From assembly GCA_017479705.1 (NCBI GenBank), contig JAFVCA010000050.1:3385-67384 (forward strand): a DNA stretch of 64,000 nucleotides, in the 5' to 3' direction. Numbering within the stretch: position 1 is the stretch's first letter; each line of letters starts with the position of its first letter. The translations under genes were made by a program, and so were the position numbers. Below are positions 1 to 9,827 of the stretch, in pieces. The DNA comes from Bacteroidales bacterium. Its GTDB lineage: Bacteria > Bacteroidota > Bacteroidia > Bacteroidales > P3. The notes under the pieces are model-generated. The model was given only the letters and a program-made list of their open reading frames with translations, searched no databases and had not been told where the DNA came from.

Positions 1-222
1 TGCCCGCCGTCGACCGAAGCCATGGCATCTCTTTCAGCATAGTCATTGCTGTGCAGCAAACTAAGGTGGGGGGGTAACGTTGAGGAATAATAAATATTGT
101 TAAATTGCAACCGGCGTGTAGTTAATGTTTTTTTTTTTCGTTAATATTATAGACGGGTTCCCTTGCCCCGATGAAGTAACAACAAGAAGTAACAATATAA
201 CTAATTAAAAAAAAGTACAATT

Positions 223-1077
223 ATGTCAAAAACAATTAGAAATCTGATGATGGCTCTGATGACGGTGACGACGGTTGCCTTTGTGAGCTGCAAAAAGGAA
301 GAGGTGACACCCAGCAATCCCGACACGGGAGGTGACAACACCGAGTTGACCACATTGAAGGGGACTTCATGGGTGGGTATTTACGATGATTCGTATCAGG
401 GTTATCCCGCCGAGCTTACCTATAGTCTCGACTTCACCAGCGAAACGGAAGGTTCGCTGATGGTAGAGCTCAAGGTGAACGGAGTGGACCAGACTCCGCA
501 GACGGTCAACTTCACCTACACATTCTCCGACAATGTGGCCATGTGCACAATCCCCAATGTCGGTCCCTTCTCGGTCACCTACGACCCGCAGACCAACACG
601 ATGACAGCATCGATTGCCCTCAGCACCGAGGATGGCGGGGCCATTGGTGGAGCCACGACATTCTATCCTCGCGGTACCGACCCCATTCCGCATAGTGGCG
701 ACGGCGGCAGCGGCGATAATCCCGGACAGGGTGAGTATACGGAGGATTTCCCTGCGGGTTCCTCGTGGACGGCCACCGAGGCTGCCACCTATCAGGGAAC
801 CCCGATTGACATCTACTACACCCTGACCTACGACAACTACCATGCAGGTACCATAGTCATCGACGTGCGTATGCAGGGCCAGAGCATCGGCGGCCAGACC
901 CTCAACCACACTTGGACCTACAATGCCGAAACGGCTCAGGGTGCCTTCATGCTGCAAGGTAATGGCATCAACTTCTTCTACGACGCTGCCGGCGACCACA
1001 TCACCACGTCGCTCCCCTTGGGTTTCAGCGAATCGGAGACCTTTGGCAGCGACCTTGTGTTTTCACGCATTCAATAA
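223..1077 (+). CDS. Lipoprotein of unknown function with two tandem ~110-aa repeats
   Basis: 284-aa ORF. Signal peptide plus lipobox (TVAFVSC). The two halves are internally similar (GTSWVGIYDDSYQGYPAELTYSL.. vs GSSWTATEAATYQGTPIDIYYTL..). Stops 6 nt before the C10 peptidase gene. Confidence 0.65.
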   Translation: MSKTIRNLMMALMTVTTVAFVSCKKEEVTPSNPDTGGDNTELTTLKGTSWVGIYDDSYQGYPAELTYSLDFTSETEGSLMVELKVNGVDQTPQTVNFTYTFSDNVAMCTIPNVGPFSVTYDPQTNTMTASIALSTEDGGAIGGATTFYPRGTDPIPHSGDGGSGDNPGQGEYTEDFPAGSSWTATEAATYQGTPIDIYYTLTYDNYHAGTIVIDVRMQGQSIGGQTLNHTWTYNAETAQGAFMLQGNGINFFYDAAGDHITTSLPLGFSESETFGSDLVFSRIQ

Positions 1078-1083
1078 GTCATT

Positions 1084-3033
1084 ATGAAAAAAGTATTGCT
1101 TTCAATGGTCATGCTGGCGTTTGCCGGCATGACCGTTGCTTTGCCGGTTGACAGTCTCCGCACGGCGGCTGTGGCGCAACACTTTTGGCAGCGGATGGGA
1201 GGCAAAGCCGACGCAAAGTTGGTCGCGACGCCCCTGCCATGGAGCAACCTGCGGCTCTATGTGTGCGAGCGGGGTGGGTACGTCATTGTCCCGGCCGACG
1301 ATGTGGCGCGGCCTGTGTTGGGCTATTCGCTTTCGTCGCCATTCTCGGTTGAGGAGATGCCACCGCAGTTGGAGTCGTGGCTGGCAGGCTACGATCACGA
1401 GATAGCGCGCGCCATAGCCCTCGGCTATCCGTCGGACAAAGGCTGGCATGCCGAAGGGGGTGCCCAGAAACAGAAATCGGCGCCATACGGGGCCGTAGGG
1501 CCGTTGCTGACCACGCAGTGGGATCAGGGTGCGCCCTACAATGGCCAGTGCCCCGCAGGCACGCCGGTGGGCTGTGCCGCCACGATGCAGGCGCAGATTA
1601 TGAAGTACTGGAACCATCCCGCTTTCGGCGAGGGGCATCACGGTTACAACAGTTCCAGTTACGGCTACCTGAGTGCCGACTTTGGACATACCCTCTATGA
1701 GTGGGATTTGATGCCGACCATGGCCCGCACCACCGACCCCGCAGCCATGCGGAAAGCGGTTGCCACGCTGTTTTTCCACATCGGAGTGTCGGTCAACATG
1801 GACTACAACAGGTCTGGCAGCGGCGCACAGGGCTTTGCCGGTTTCGACGGTGCCATCAGCACTGACAACGCACTCTACCATTTTTTCCACTACAAGAATA
1901 CCCTCGAGGTGAAGTTCCGCAACCAGTATGCCGACAGCACCTACACTGCCATCATCCTTGAGGAGTTGAGCCACCGCCGCCCTGTTGCTTTCCAGGGGGT
2001 GGACATGGCAGTGGGCGGCCACGCCTTTGTGTGCGACGGTAACGACACGACGGGTCTTCTGCACTTCAACTTCGGTTGGAGCGGAACGGGCGACGGCTAC
2101 TACGCCATCGGGGCTATCAACCCGGGCATCGGGGCGCAGGGCCAGCTGGGCGACTACCGTTTCAACAACGATGTGGGCATCATCATCAAGATAGAACCCG
2201 ACTATGCCATGCGGGTAAGCGATACCGTGGTGTCCATGGACCGTGCCGCCGGTGCAGACTCGGTGATTTTCTGTATAGACGAGACGGTGGATGCCGGTTG
2301 GAGCGTTGTCAGCGACGCTGCGTGGCTCACCGTAGAGGAACACCCCTTTGACCGTGCCGGCTGGGTGCCTTTCCGTGTCAGCGAAAACACTACGGGGGCT
2401 GAGCGTATAGGCACCTTGCGTTTTGTGCAGGGCGACGCTGTGCTGGAGGTACGTGTGGTGCAGAGCTTCATCGATAGTGCGTCGATGTGTCCCGTCACCG
2501 TGGTGATGGAAAGCACGCGCGGCAGCGGTTGGCAGAATGGGGCTTACCTGTCGCTCGAATCGGCATCGGGCTACATCTACGGCACCGCCACCCTGGCCAG
2601 CGGACAGAGAGGCGAGGCGACTATCTTGGTGCCAGAAGGCGAACTGCGCTCGGTGTGGCACACCGGTGGCGGGACGGACCGCAACATCAACTACGCCCTT
2701 CGTAACCAGTATGGCGAGGAGATGCTCCGCGTAGACTATGCCTTTGCCAACGGCGGGACCCACGCGGTTCCCAACCCTTGCGGACATGTGGGGATAGATG
2801 AGGTGGGGGATGTGAGGTCGGAGGTCAGAGTGTATCCCAATCCGGTGTGTGACTATGTGGAGATAGAGTCTGCCGAGCCTGTGCGACGGGTGACGATGCG
2901 AGACGCTATGGGCCGTGTGGTCTACGACGGCTGTTCATGCCATATAGCCATCGGTTCATGGCCTGCAGGCATTTATCTGGTTCAAGTGGTTACCGACAGT
3001 GGCACTGCTGTAAGACGGTTAATTAAACATTAA
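1084..3033 (+). CDS. C10 family (streptopain-like) cysteine peptidase with T9SS C-terminal sorting domain
   Basis: GCAATMQAQIMKYWNHP matches the SpeB catalytic-Cys context. VGGHAFVCDG matches the catalytic-His context. N-terminal signal peptide. C-terminal VYPNP...IYLVQVVTDSGTAVRRLIKH is typical of a Por/T9SS CTD. Confidence 0.85.
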   Translation: MKKVLLSMVMLAFAGMTVALPVDSLRTAAVAQHFWQRMGGKADAKLVATPLPWSNLRLYVCERGGYVIVPADDVARPVLGYSLSSPFSVEEMPPQLESWLAGYDHEIARAIALGYPSDKGWHAEGGAQKQKSAPYGAVGPLLTTQWDQGAPYNGQCPAGTPVGCAATMQAQIMKYWNHPAFGEGHHGYNSSSYGYLSADFGHTLYEWDLMPTMARTTDPAAMRKAVATLFFHIGVSVNMDYNRSGSGAQGFAGFDGAISTDNALYHFFHYKNTLEVKFRNQYADSTYTAIILEELSHRRPVAFQGVDMAVGGHAFVCDGNDTTGLLHFNFGWSGTGDGYYAIGAINPGIGAQGQLGDYRFNNDVGIIIKIEPDYAMRVSDTVVSMDRAAGADSVIFCIDETVDAGWSVVSDAAWLTVEEHPFDRAGWVPFRVSENTTGAERIGTLRFVQGDAVLEVRVVQSFIDSASMCPVTVVMESTRGSGWQNGAYLSLESASGYIYGTATLASGQRGEATILVPEGELRSVWHTGGGTDRNINYALRNQYGEEMLRVDYAFANGGTHAVPNPCGHVGIDEVGDVRSEVRVYPNPVCDYVEIESAEPVRRVTMRDAMGRVVYDGCSCHIAIGSWPAGIYLVQVVTDSGTAVRRLIKH

Positions 3034-3049
3034 GAGTAACAATGAGATA

Positions 3050-3084
3050 AGCGAGTGCTACCGCTGTCGGCAGCACTCGCTTTC
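3050..3084 (+). terminator. Hairpin downstream of the C10 peptidase gene
   Basis: agcgagtgctacc / ggcagcactcgct stem (13 bp with one mismatch) followed by ttcg. There is no long U tract. Confidence 0.45.
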
Positions 3085-3166
3085 GTCTCCTGAGCAGGAA
3101 AAGAGAAGGACGGCATTTATACCCTTATGGTCACGGACGACTTTCTTTTTCGGGCTGAATGGAGAT

Positions 3167-3200
3167 AAAAAAGGGTCTTCACACATGTGGAGACCCTTTT
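3167..3200 (-). terminator. Rho-independent terminator of the tRNA cluster
   Basis: On the minus strand: aaaagggtctccacatgtgtgaagaccc followed by tttttt, directly after the tRNA-Arg 3' end. Confidence 0.7.
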
Positions 3201-3210
3201 GCCGCAACAG

Positions 3211-3284
3211 TGATTCCGCTGCGATTCGAACGCAGGACCTACTGCTTAGAAGGCAGTTGCTCTATCCAGCTGAGCTACGGAACC
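3211..3284 (-). tRNA. tRNA-Arg (anticodon TCT)
   Basis: Reverse complement is GGTTCCGTAGCTCAGCTGGATAGAGCAACTGCCTTCTAAGCAGTAGGTCCTGCGTTCGAATCGCAGCGGAATCA. It folds as a cloverleaf with anticodon loop CTTCTAA and T-arm CTGCG-TTCGAAT-CGCAG. Confidence 0.9.
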
Positions 3285-3299
3285 ATTGTGTTCCTTCCG

Positions 3300-3374
3300 T
3301 CGGGATAGCCTGATTCGAACAGGCGATCTCCTGCTCCCAAAGCAGGCGCGCTAACCGGACTACGCCATATCCCG
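3300..3374 (-). tRNA. tRNA-Pro (anticodon TGG)
   Basis: Reverse complement is CGGGATATGGCGTAGTCCGGTTAGCGCGCCTGCTTTGGGAGCAGGAGATCGCCTGTTCGAATCAGGCTATCCCGA. Anticodon loop TTTGGGA. Acceptor stem CGGGATA/TATCCCG. Confidence 0.9.
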
Positions 3375-3421
3375 TTGCCTTTAAGAAAAAAGACGCCTCG
3401 TGGACGTCTCTCTCTCTTTCT

Positions 3422-3512
3422 TGGCGGAGAAGGGGGGATTCGAACCCCCGGTACCCTAATCGAGTACGACAGTTTAGCAAACTGTTGGTTTCAGCCACTC
3501 ACCCACCTCTCC
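3422..3512 (-). tRNA. tRNA-Ser (anticodon GCT), class II with long variable arm, CCA encoded
   Basis: Reverse complement is GGAGAGGTGGGTGAGTGGCTGAAACCAACAGTTTGCTAAACTGT...GGGGGTTCGAATCCCCCCTTCTCCGCCA. Anticodon loop TTGCTAA. Confidence 0.9.
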
Positions 3513-3563
3513 GTAGCTGCCATTTCTATGAAAACCTTTGTTTCCTTTCAGCGAAATCGGGTG

Positions 3564-3571
3564 CAAAAGTA
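3564..3571 (-). promoter_or_regulatory. Bacteroidetes -7 box (TActTTTG) upstream of the tRNA cluster
   Basis: The minus strand reads TACTTTTG about 50 nt upstream of the tRNA-Ser 5' end. This matches the TAnnTTTG consensus. Confidence 0.45.
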
Positions 3572-3629
3572 CGAACTTTTTTTGAATTGGACAAAACTTT
3601 TTTCGCTTTTTGCTCTTTTCAGCTCCAAA

Positions 3630-4376
3630 TTATTTCTTTTTTGCTTGATTCTTAACGCCTTCTATTTTGCGCTGAATTTCTTCTTGGTTGCCTAAATAGA
3701 AGTCATTTTTTAGGTTCATCTGGTCGTCAAATTCAAAAATGTAGGGTACGGCGGTGGGAATATTGAAGCCAACGATGTCGGCGTCGCTTATCCCTTTGAG
3801 GGTCTTGACAATACCGCGAAGGCTGTTGCCGTGGGCAACCACCATGACTTCGTCGTGCTGCTGAAAGGCGGGGAGTATGGTGCCCTCGTAGTAGGGCATG
3901 AGACGTGCGATGGTGTCGCAGAGGGCCTCGGTGGCGGGCAGCTCAGCGTCGCTGACGGCGTTGTAGCGGGGGTCCTTGCGGGGATTGCGCTTGTCGTCGA
4001 TGTCCAATGCGGGGGGCTGCACGTCGAAACTGCGGCGCCATTGCATCAGTTTTTCTTCGCCGTACTTCTTCAGGGTCTCGGCTTTGTTGGCTCCTTGCAG
4101 GGCTCCGTAGCTCTTCTCGTTGAGGCGCCAGCTCTTTTCCACAGGCAGGTAGTCCATGTCCATGGCGTCGAGAATCTGGTTGAGGGTTTTGACGGCGCGT
4201 TTCAGGTAGGAGGTGTAGCACATGGTGGGGCGGTAGCCTTCATCCTTCAGCAGACGACCGGCCATATAGGCCTCGCACATGCCGTAGGGGGTAAGGTCAA
4301 CGTCGGTCCAACCGGTAAAAAGATTCATTTTATTCCACTCGCTTTCGCCGTGGCGTACCAAGATGAGTTTTTTCAT
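3630..4376 (-). CDS. gpmA: 2,3-bisphosphoglycerate-dependent phosphoglycerate mutase
   Basis: 248 aa. LVRHGESEWNKMNLFTGWTDVDLT carries the RHG catalytic motif. Full-length dPGM architecture. Confidence 0.95.
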   Translation of the reverse strand: MKKLILVRHGESEWNKMNLFTGWTDVDLTPYGMCEAYMAGRLLKDEGYRPTMCYTSYLKRAVKTLNQILDAMDMDYLPVEKSWRLNEKSYGALQGANKAETLKKYGEEKLMQWRRSFDVQPPALDIDDKRNPRKDPRYNAVSDAELPATEALCDTIARLMPYYEGTILPAFQQHDEVMVVAHGNSLRGIVKTLKGISDADIVGFNIPTAVPYIFEFDDQMNLKNDFYLGNQEEIQRKIEGVKNQAKKK

Positions 4377-4390
4377 TTGTATTGCGATTA

Positions 4391-5254
4391 TTATTTCTTG
4401 TTGGGTTTATAGTCTGTTGTGCGGATGCCTTCTTTCAGCATGCCTTTGTGTGACAGGATGACCATCGCCACACCGGCCAGGATCATGGGGATGCTGAGCC
4501 ACTGCCCCATGTCGAGGGTCATGCCTTTCTCGAAGTCCACTTGCTCTTCCTTCACAAACTCCACTAAGAAGCGCACGCCCCAAAGGGCTATCATCCACCA
4601 CCCGAAGAGGCGGCCATTGTGCAGTTTGCCCCCTTTGCGGAGATAGGTGATGTAGCATGCGGCAAAAATGATGAGGTAGGAGAGGGCCTCGTAGATTTGT
4701 GTGGGATGCTTGGGCACTGTCTCGCCATTGCGCTCATAGATGAAGCCCCAGGGCAGGGAGGTCTCAACGCCGTAGATTTCGCTGTTGAAGAGATTGCCCA
4801 AACGGATAAAGGCACCGCCAAGGGCCACCACTATCACAAGGCGGTCCAAGAGCCACCATGCGTTGAACTTGTTCTTGCGGCAGTAGAGCCAGATGGTGAG
4901 CAGAATGGCTATTGCGGCACCGTGGCTGGCAAGCCCTTCGTATCCCGTGAAACGGCCTGTCGACAGGTCGAAGGGGAGGAATATTTCGGGCCAGTGGGAG
5001 GCGGTGAGGAAATAGTCGGGTTGATAGAACAGGCAATGGCCCAGACGGGCTCCCACCAGCGTGGCCACGAACATCCACAGCAGCAGGTTTTCTAAGTATT
5101 TGGAGTCTACCTTTTCGCGTTTGAACATGTTGGCGAAAATCAGGTATCCCAGCACAAAGGCAAACAGGAATCCCAGCGAATAGTATCGCACCGCAAACGA
5201 GCCGATGTGAAACATCACGGGGTCGACATTCCAGTGGATGAAATTAAGTAGCAT
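4391..5254 (-). CDS. lgt: Prolipoprotein diacylglyceryl transferase
   Basis: 287 aa, multi-pass membrane protein. GARLGHCLFY and HPTQIYEAL motifs are typical of Lgt. Confidence 0.9.
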   Translation of the reverse strand: MLLNFIHWNVDPVMFHIGSFAVRYYSLGFLFAFVLGYLIFANMFKREKVDSKYLENLLLWMFVATLVGARLGHCLFYQPDYFLTASHWPEIFLPFDLSTGRFTGYEGLASHGAAIAILLTIWLYCRKNKFNAWWLLDRLVIVVALGGAFIRLGNLFNSEIYGVETSLPWGFIYERNGETVPKHPTQIYEALSYLIIFAACYITYLRKGGKLHNGRLFGWWMIALWGVRFLVEFVKEEQVDFEKGMTLDMGQWLSIPMILAGVAMVILSHKGMLKEGIRTTDYKPNKK

Positions 5255-5342
5255 CTTTCTGCAAATTATGGGTTGAATGCAAGAATGTGTTAATTAGTCA
5301 GTCATGAGTTACACATTAGCACATTCTCGCATTTCAATAATT

Positions 5343-6884
5343 TTATTTTGCGTAGTTGACGGCGCGGGTTTCGCGGATGACGGTCACCTTGATTTGTCCG
5401 GGATAGGTCATCTCGTTCTGGATTTGGCGCGAGAGGTCGAAACTCAGTTTTGTGGCCTCGGCATCGCTCACCTTCTCGGCTCCCACAATCACGCGCAGTT
5501 CGCGGCCGGCCTGAATGGCGTAGGTCTTCACAACTCCGGGGTAGGTCATGGCCATGTCCTCAAGTTTCTTCAGGCGGTTGATGTAGGCCTCCACCACCTC
5601 GCGGCGGGCGCCGGGACGTGCACCGCTGATGGCGTCGCACACCTGTATGATGGGCGAAATCAGGTTGGTCATCTCGGTCTCGTCATGGTGTGCTCCGATG
5701 GCGTTGCACACGTCGGGGTGCTCCTTGTACTTCTCGGCCAGTTTCATGCCAAAGATTGCATGCGGCAGTTCGGGGTCGGTCTCAGGCACCTTGCCAATGT
5801 CGTGCAGCAGTCCGGCACGCTTGGCCAGTTTGGGGTTCAGGCCCAGCTCCGAGGCCATCGTGGCGGCCAGGTTGGCCACCTCGCGGCTGTGCTGCAGCAG
5901 GTTCTGGCCGTAGGACGAACGGTATTTCATGCGGCCCACCATGCGCATCAGCTCGTGGTTCATGTTGTTGATGCCAAGGTCTATGCAGGTGCGCTTGCCC
6001 ACCTCGGCAATCTCCTGCTCAATCTGGCGGCGGGTCTTGGCTACCACCTCCTCAATGCGGGCGGGATGGATACGGCCGTCGGTCACCAGTTTGTGCAGTG
6101 ACAGGCGTGCAATCTCGCGGCGCACGGGGTCAAAGCCGCTTATGATGATGGCATCCGGCGAGTCGTCGATGATGATTTCCACGCCCGTCAGGCTTTCTAA
6201 GGCGCGGATATTGCGGCCTTCGCGGCCAATGATGCGGCCTTTCACCTCCTCGTTCTCCAGGTTGAACACGCTGACGGTGTTCTCGATGGCGTTCTCGGTG
6301 GCGGTGCGCTGGATGGACTGGATGACAATCTTCTTGGCCTGTTCGTTGGCAGTGATTTTGGCCTCCTCCACAATGTCCATGATGTTGCTGGCAGCTTCGG
6401 ACTTGGCCTCGTCCGTCATCATCTCGATGAGGTGCTGTTTGGCCTCGTCGGCGGTCATGCCGGCAATGTGCTCCAGCTTCTCGATGCTCTCGTTGTAGAC
6501 TTTCTCCACTTCGGCCTGCCGTTTGCGGAGCACCTCTATCTGGCCGTTCAGGTTCTCGCTCACCTGTTTCAGCTCGTTGCTCTTCTTTTGCAGGTCTTCC
6601 ACCTTCTGGCTCAACGACTGCTCGCGCTGCTTCAGTTTCTGTTCCTGTTCGCGGATGGCGCTGTTCTTCTCGTTCACCTGTTTGTCGTGCTCGCTTTTCA
6701 GTTGCAGGAACTTCTCCTTGGCTTGCAGGATTTTGTCCTTCTTAATCATCTCGCCTTTTTCCTCGGCGTCTTTCAGCACCTGCTGGCTTTTGGCCAACAA
6801 GCGGTTGCGCAGTGTGTTGGTGGCCAGCCATACTCCAATGCCGCCGCCAACAATGATTCCGATAACGATTCCTATTACAATCAT
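5343..6884 (-). CDS. rny: Ribonuclease Y
   Basis: 513 aa. N-terminal TM, long coiled coil, KH domain ([15 protein letters not shown]) and HD domain (LLHDIGK). Confidence 0.95.
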   Translation of the reverse strand: MIVIGIVIGIIVGGGIGVWLATNTLRNRLLAKSQQVLKDAEEKGEMIKKDKILQAKEKFLQLKSEHDKQVNEKNSAIREQEQKLKQREQSLSQKVEDLQKKSNELKQVSENLNGQIEVLRKRQAEVEKVYNESIEKLEHIAGMTADEAKQHLIEMMTDEAKSEAASNIMDIVEEAKITANEQAKKIVIQSIQRTATENAIENTVSVFNLENEEVKGRIIGREGRNIRALESLTGVEIIIDDSPDAIIISGFDPVRREIARLSLHKLVTDGRIHPARIEEVVAKTRRQIEQEIAEVGKRTCIDLGINNMNHELMRMVGRMKYRSSYGQNLLQHSREVANLAATMASELGLNPKLAKRAGLLHDIGKVPETDPELPHAIFGMKLAEKYKEHPDVCNAIGAHHDETEMTNLISPIIQVCDAISGARPGARREVVEAYINRLKKLEDMAMTYPGVVKTYAIQAGRELRVIVGAEKVSDAEATKLSFDLSRQIQNEMTYPGQIKVTVIRETRAVNYAK

Positions 6885-6959
6885 AGTTAGTTGTTAAGTT
6901 GTTTTTGTTCGGGGAACGGCTTCCCGCCTGTGGGTCTTTCAGTTCAATCTTAGTCTTTT

Positions 6960-7118
6960 AAAAAAACCTGCACCGAATCCTCCGGGAGTTATGGTAAACT
7001 CTGAAACGTTAGGATTTGAGTGCCGGGTGTCTCAGCTATACAACCTACCCACCCCTGAGCTTACTCGGTTTGTAAATGGTGTTGAGTTTACAAACTGTTT
7101 CGGATTCGATGCAGGATT
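6960..7118 (-). ncRNA. Candidate structured sRNA, possibly 6S RNA (ssrS)
   Basis: No ORF. A 14-bp closing stem pairs 7102-7115 with 6967-6980 (one G-U) and is followed by a U7 tract on the minus strand. Internal helices are GUUUGUAAA/UUUACAAAC and GUAAACUC/GAGUUUAC. Lies immediately downstream of zapA, the same synteny as E. coli zapA-ssrS. Confidence 0.4.
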
Positions 7119-7190
7119 CTTCTCTGAATAGTTCATGTCCGTGGCCCATTCCCCTTTGCGGGTGCGGGGTTGGTGGGCTGTGGGCATGGC

Positions 7191-7475
7191 TCAATCAACG
7201 CTGTCGAGCAGTCGGTTTATCTCGGTGAGCCTGTCCTCCAGCCCTGTGTCCTCAAACCGTTGTGTGGTCTGCATCTTCAGGAACTGGGTAATCTGCGTCA
7301 GTGCCACCATTGCCAACAAATCCTGACGGTCATTATAGGCATACATCTTTGCGTAACTGTTGGCCTGCGAGTCTATCAATGCCGCAGCCTGGCGCAGATA
7401 CTGCTCGTCCTCTGCGTTGATTCTCATCCGGTATGGCCTTTCCATAATCCTTATTGTGGCCGGTAGTTCGCTCAT
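7191..7475 (-). CDS. zapA: Cell division protein ZapA
   Basis: 94 aa. The pattern RPYRMRINAEDEQYLRQAAALIDSQ...DRQDLLAMVAL is typical of Bacteroidetes ZapA. Confidence 0.7.
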   Translation of the reverse strand: MSELPATIRIMERPYRMRINAEDEQYLRQAAALIDSQANSYAKMYAYNDRQDLLAMVALTQITQFLKMQTTQRFEDTGLEDRLTEINRLLDSVD

Positions 7476-7503
7476 TGTTGTGCCTGTCGTGTTGCTTTGT
7501 TGA

Positions 7504-7797
7504 CTATTCAGTTTTGTTGATTAATGCCAAACTTTTATCTATGCTTCGTATCAGTTGGTTGATCTTCAGTTTAATCTCTACAGAATCGCCCTTTTGAGTC
7601 AGCGTGTTCCCTAATTTTAAATTATTGTTTTCTTCCTTTAAATTATTAATTACTATATTTTGTTTGTCCACTTGCTCTTGCAGCTGCCGGCACTGCTCGT
7701 TTGCCTTCTCCGCCTCCACTCGCAGCCGTTGATTCTCTCCAATCAACTTCCGAACCTTACGTTCTATCTCCACTACAGCAGCTTCAAAATCAAACAT
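7504..7797 (-). CDS. Small coiled-coil protein (ZapB-like position, upstream of zapA)
   Basis: 97 aa with heptad-rich sequence (LRVEAEKANEQCRQLQEQVDKQNIVINNLKEENNNLK). A TAtcTTTG box lies upstream on the minus strand near 7827-7834. Confidence 0.55.
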   Translation of the reverse strand: MFDFEAAVVEIERKVRKLIGENQRLRVEAEKANEQCRQLQEQVDKQNIVINNLKEENNNLKLGNTLTQKGDSVEIKLKINQLIRSIDKSLALINKTE

Positions 7798-8042
7798 AAC
7801 TATGCCAGTTTATACTACAAAAAGCGGTGCAAAGATACACTTTTTTCCGCATTCCGACAAAAAAACTTTTTTCTTCCACCCTGCAATTTCAGGCTATATA
7901 CCAGTTGTGTTGATGCATAACGCGCACAAACACAGCGCACCGCATTCATGGTTTTCAACACGCTCCGTTTGATAGAAAACACTTAATCCAGCTCTTTCTC
8001 ATTGCTCACGACAAGCAAAAAACTGCCGCAGGAGAACCTTTT

Positions 8043-8948
8043 TCAATGGCTTGAGTGCACGAACTTCCTGCTTGCCAATGTGCCGTCTTTCATCTGCACC
8101 ACCACAATATATACTCCGGATGTGAGGCCGTGCACTGCCAGTTCGACAACGTTGGTGCCGTCACTTTCTGTTGAGGACACCACCTTCCCGGTCATATCCA
8201 CCACCGTTGCACACGCAATTTCTCCAGTCTTGGCACGCACCAGCAGTTTTCCCACTATACGTTCAATCTCCACATCCGGCATGCCACTGGCTTCATTGAC
8301 AGACAACACACAATCCTCTTCGTGCAGTATCATCCCTACGCGCAACGGTAGGTCTGCAATGGTGCTGAGTGCACTCTCCGCCACCGTGACGCGGACCATC
8401 TCGTTCTGTCGTTGGTCTACTCCCGCCTCCATCGTAAAACGCACCCAGCCGTAATAGTAGCCGCTATCACCCCGGGCTGGCATGCGGACGGCGGCATAGT
8501 ATGTGCCAGACATCGGCTGTTCCGTGCCAGGCATAATGCAATCTGTCTTCCAGCTCCATATGGTTTCGGGCAGCATTTCTATCATATCGCCGTATGACAC
8601 GGCTCTGAGCCCGTTTACTGCATTACGCAGTGGGGGGTTGTTCAGCGATTGGGGATAGAATTCTGTATACTGCAGGTCTTTTGCTTTCAGTATGAAATGC
8701 AGATGCTTCCCAAAATGGTCCCAAAACGCTCCAAGATAGTAGTCATCCGTGCCGTCATTGTCAATGTCTATGTTGATCTGCAACCGTCCGCTGATGCATT
8801 TCCACCCCGGATTCCAGTCGGTGTCCGGGTTCACGAAAGCCATCCAGCAGCTGTCGTCATATTCTTTCACTATTAGACTGTCAGTTTGTCCTTGGGCTAC
8901 GATGCACCCCAGCATCGCTGCCAGAATCGTTAAAGCTATTTTATTCAT
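8043..8948 (-). CDS. Secreted protein with T9SS C-terminal sorting domain
   Basis: 301 aa. Signal peptide (MNKIALTILAAMLGCIVAQG). The C-terminal end GVYIVVVQMKDGTLASRKFVHSSH resembles a Por CTD. Confidence 0.65.
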   Translation of the reverse strand: MNKIALTILAAMLGCIVAQGQTDSLIVKEYDDSCWMAFVNPDTDWNPGWKCISGRLQINIDIDNDGTDDYYLGAFWDHFGKHLHFILKAKDLQYTEFYPQSLNNPPLRNAVNGLRAVSYGDMIEMLPETIWSWKTDCIMPGTEQPMSGTYYAAVRMPARGDSGYYYGWVRFTMEAGVDQRQNEMVRVTVAESALSTIADLPLRVGMILHEEDCVLSVNEASGMPDVEIERIVGKLLVRAKTGEIACATVVDMTGKVVSSTESDGTNVVELAVHGLTSGVYIVVVQMKDGTLASRKFVHSSH

Positions 8949-9187
8949 AATTGTTGTGTTGTTTTTTTCAATTGCAAAGATAAGATTTTTTTTAATGAGT
9001 TTTTTTTGAAAAAAATGAGTAGTTGCTGATTTTTAAATATATACTGTTATTGATTCCAAGTATAAGGAGCCATCCTGAGTACTAATTATGTTATCTTGTA
9101 CATGAAATTGTAGACTCCGAAAGCATTTTTTTTTGTAGAAGATTTTTTTAATGCATGTCGCATTGCAATTACGATGGTCTAAGAAAG

Positions 9188-9240
9188 CCCGTTCAACGCT
9201 CCTTCTATATTCATTCAATATAGAAGGAGCGTTGAACGGG
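9188..9240. repeat. Perfect 23-bp inverted repeat (hairpin) in a divergent intergenic region
   Basis: cccgttcaacgctccttctatat - tcattca - atatagaaggagcgttgaacggg. Confidence 0.9.
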
Positions 9241-9819
9241 GGTTGATGGGTTGTTTTAATCTTTTGATAACATGGTTTTTGTATTTTTTTATCCCCTGTT
9301 TTTCCGGGGCTAAAGATACAACCGCTTTGGGTGTTGCATACGGTTTGCCGCCTCCAGCGTGGCAACCTGTCGCAACCCGGCTCCGTCGCTCCCCACTCTT
9401 CGCCAACGCGCTTGTTCAACCCATGTCGGTCAATAGAAAATCGAAAACCCCTACGGAGTAATGGGTGGGAGAGCGTGATGCCTGCATTGGGCATTGTCCC
9501 GCAGGGACTTCCACTTAATAGCATATCAAGTTGATAGATGGTAAATTTCTTCGTTGGAGATTGCTATTCGGTACAATCCAATGACCGATTTGGGATTAAC
9601 TATGGCTAACTATGGCGGGTTTTGGCGTGCATTGGACATTTCTCATTTGGCGGTTTTGCCTTTGCAGGGCGTGTCCCGTTTCTCACCCGTCCACATAGGG
9701 CGATGCCCTATGCTAATTTTGTTTTGGTCTTTCAGGCCGCATTCGGGGCACACAATTACTTGTCAAACTTTAGTTATTGTTTTTTTTGTTCAGGATTGTT
9801 TTTGAATGAAAAAAAATCA

Positions 9820-9827
9820 TATATTTG
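9820..9827 (+). promoter_or_regulatory. -7 box TAtaTTTG upstream of the 9860 ORF
   Basis: Sequence tatatttg lies 33 nt upstream of the ATG at 9860. Confidence 0.4.

Noticed and set aside
1102-2787. 561-aa ORF antisense to the C10 peptidase gene. Similar long antisense or overlapping ORFs occur at 12588-14543, 29025-30272, 32141-33163, 36329-37324, 38889-39947, 43271-44434, 45555-46880, 48224-49354, 52809-53912 and 56626-58344.
   Set aside because: All lie opposite or out of frame to ORFs with clear family motifs. They have Arg/Gly/Pro/His/Ala-rich low-complexity composition typical of stop-codon-poor shadow frames in GC-rich DNA, and they contain no recognisable motifs.
9033-9524. 163-aa ORF on the minus strand, and a GGAAGTCCC string near 9505-9513 (minus strand) reminiscent of the RNase P RNA CR-I motif GGAAAGUCC.
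   Set aside because: The ORF has non-protein-like composition and no start context. The RNase P resemblance is a single imperfect 9-mer without the complementary P4 strand (ACAGAAnnCGGCUUA-like) or other conserved regions. It is kept only as an unexplained spacer.
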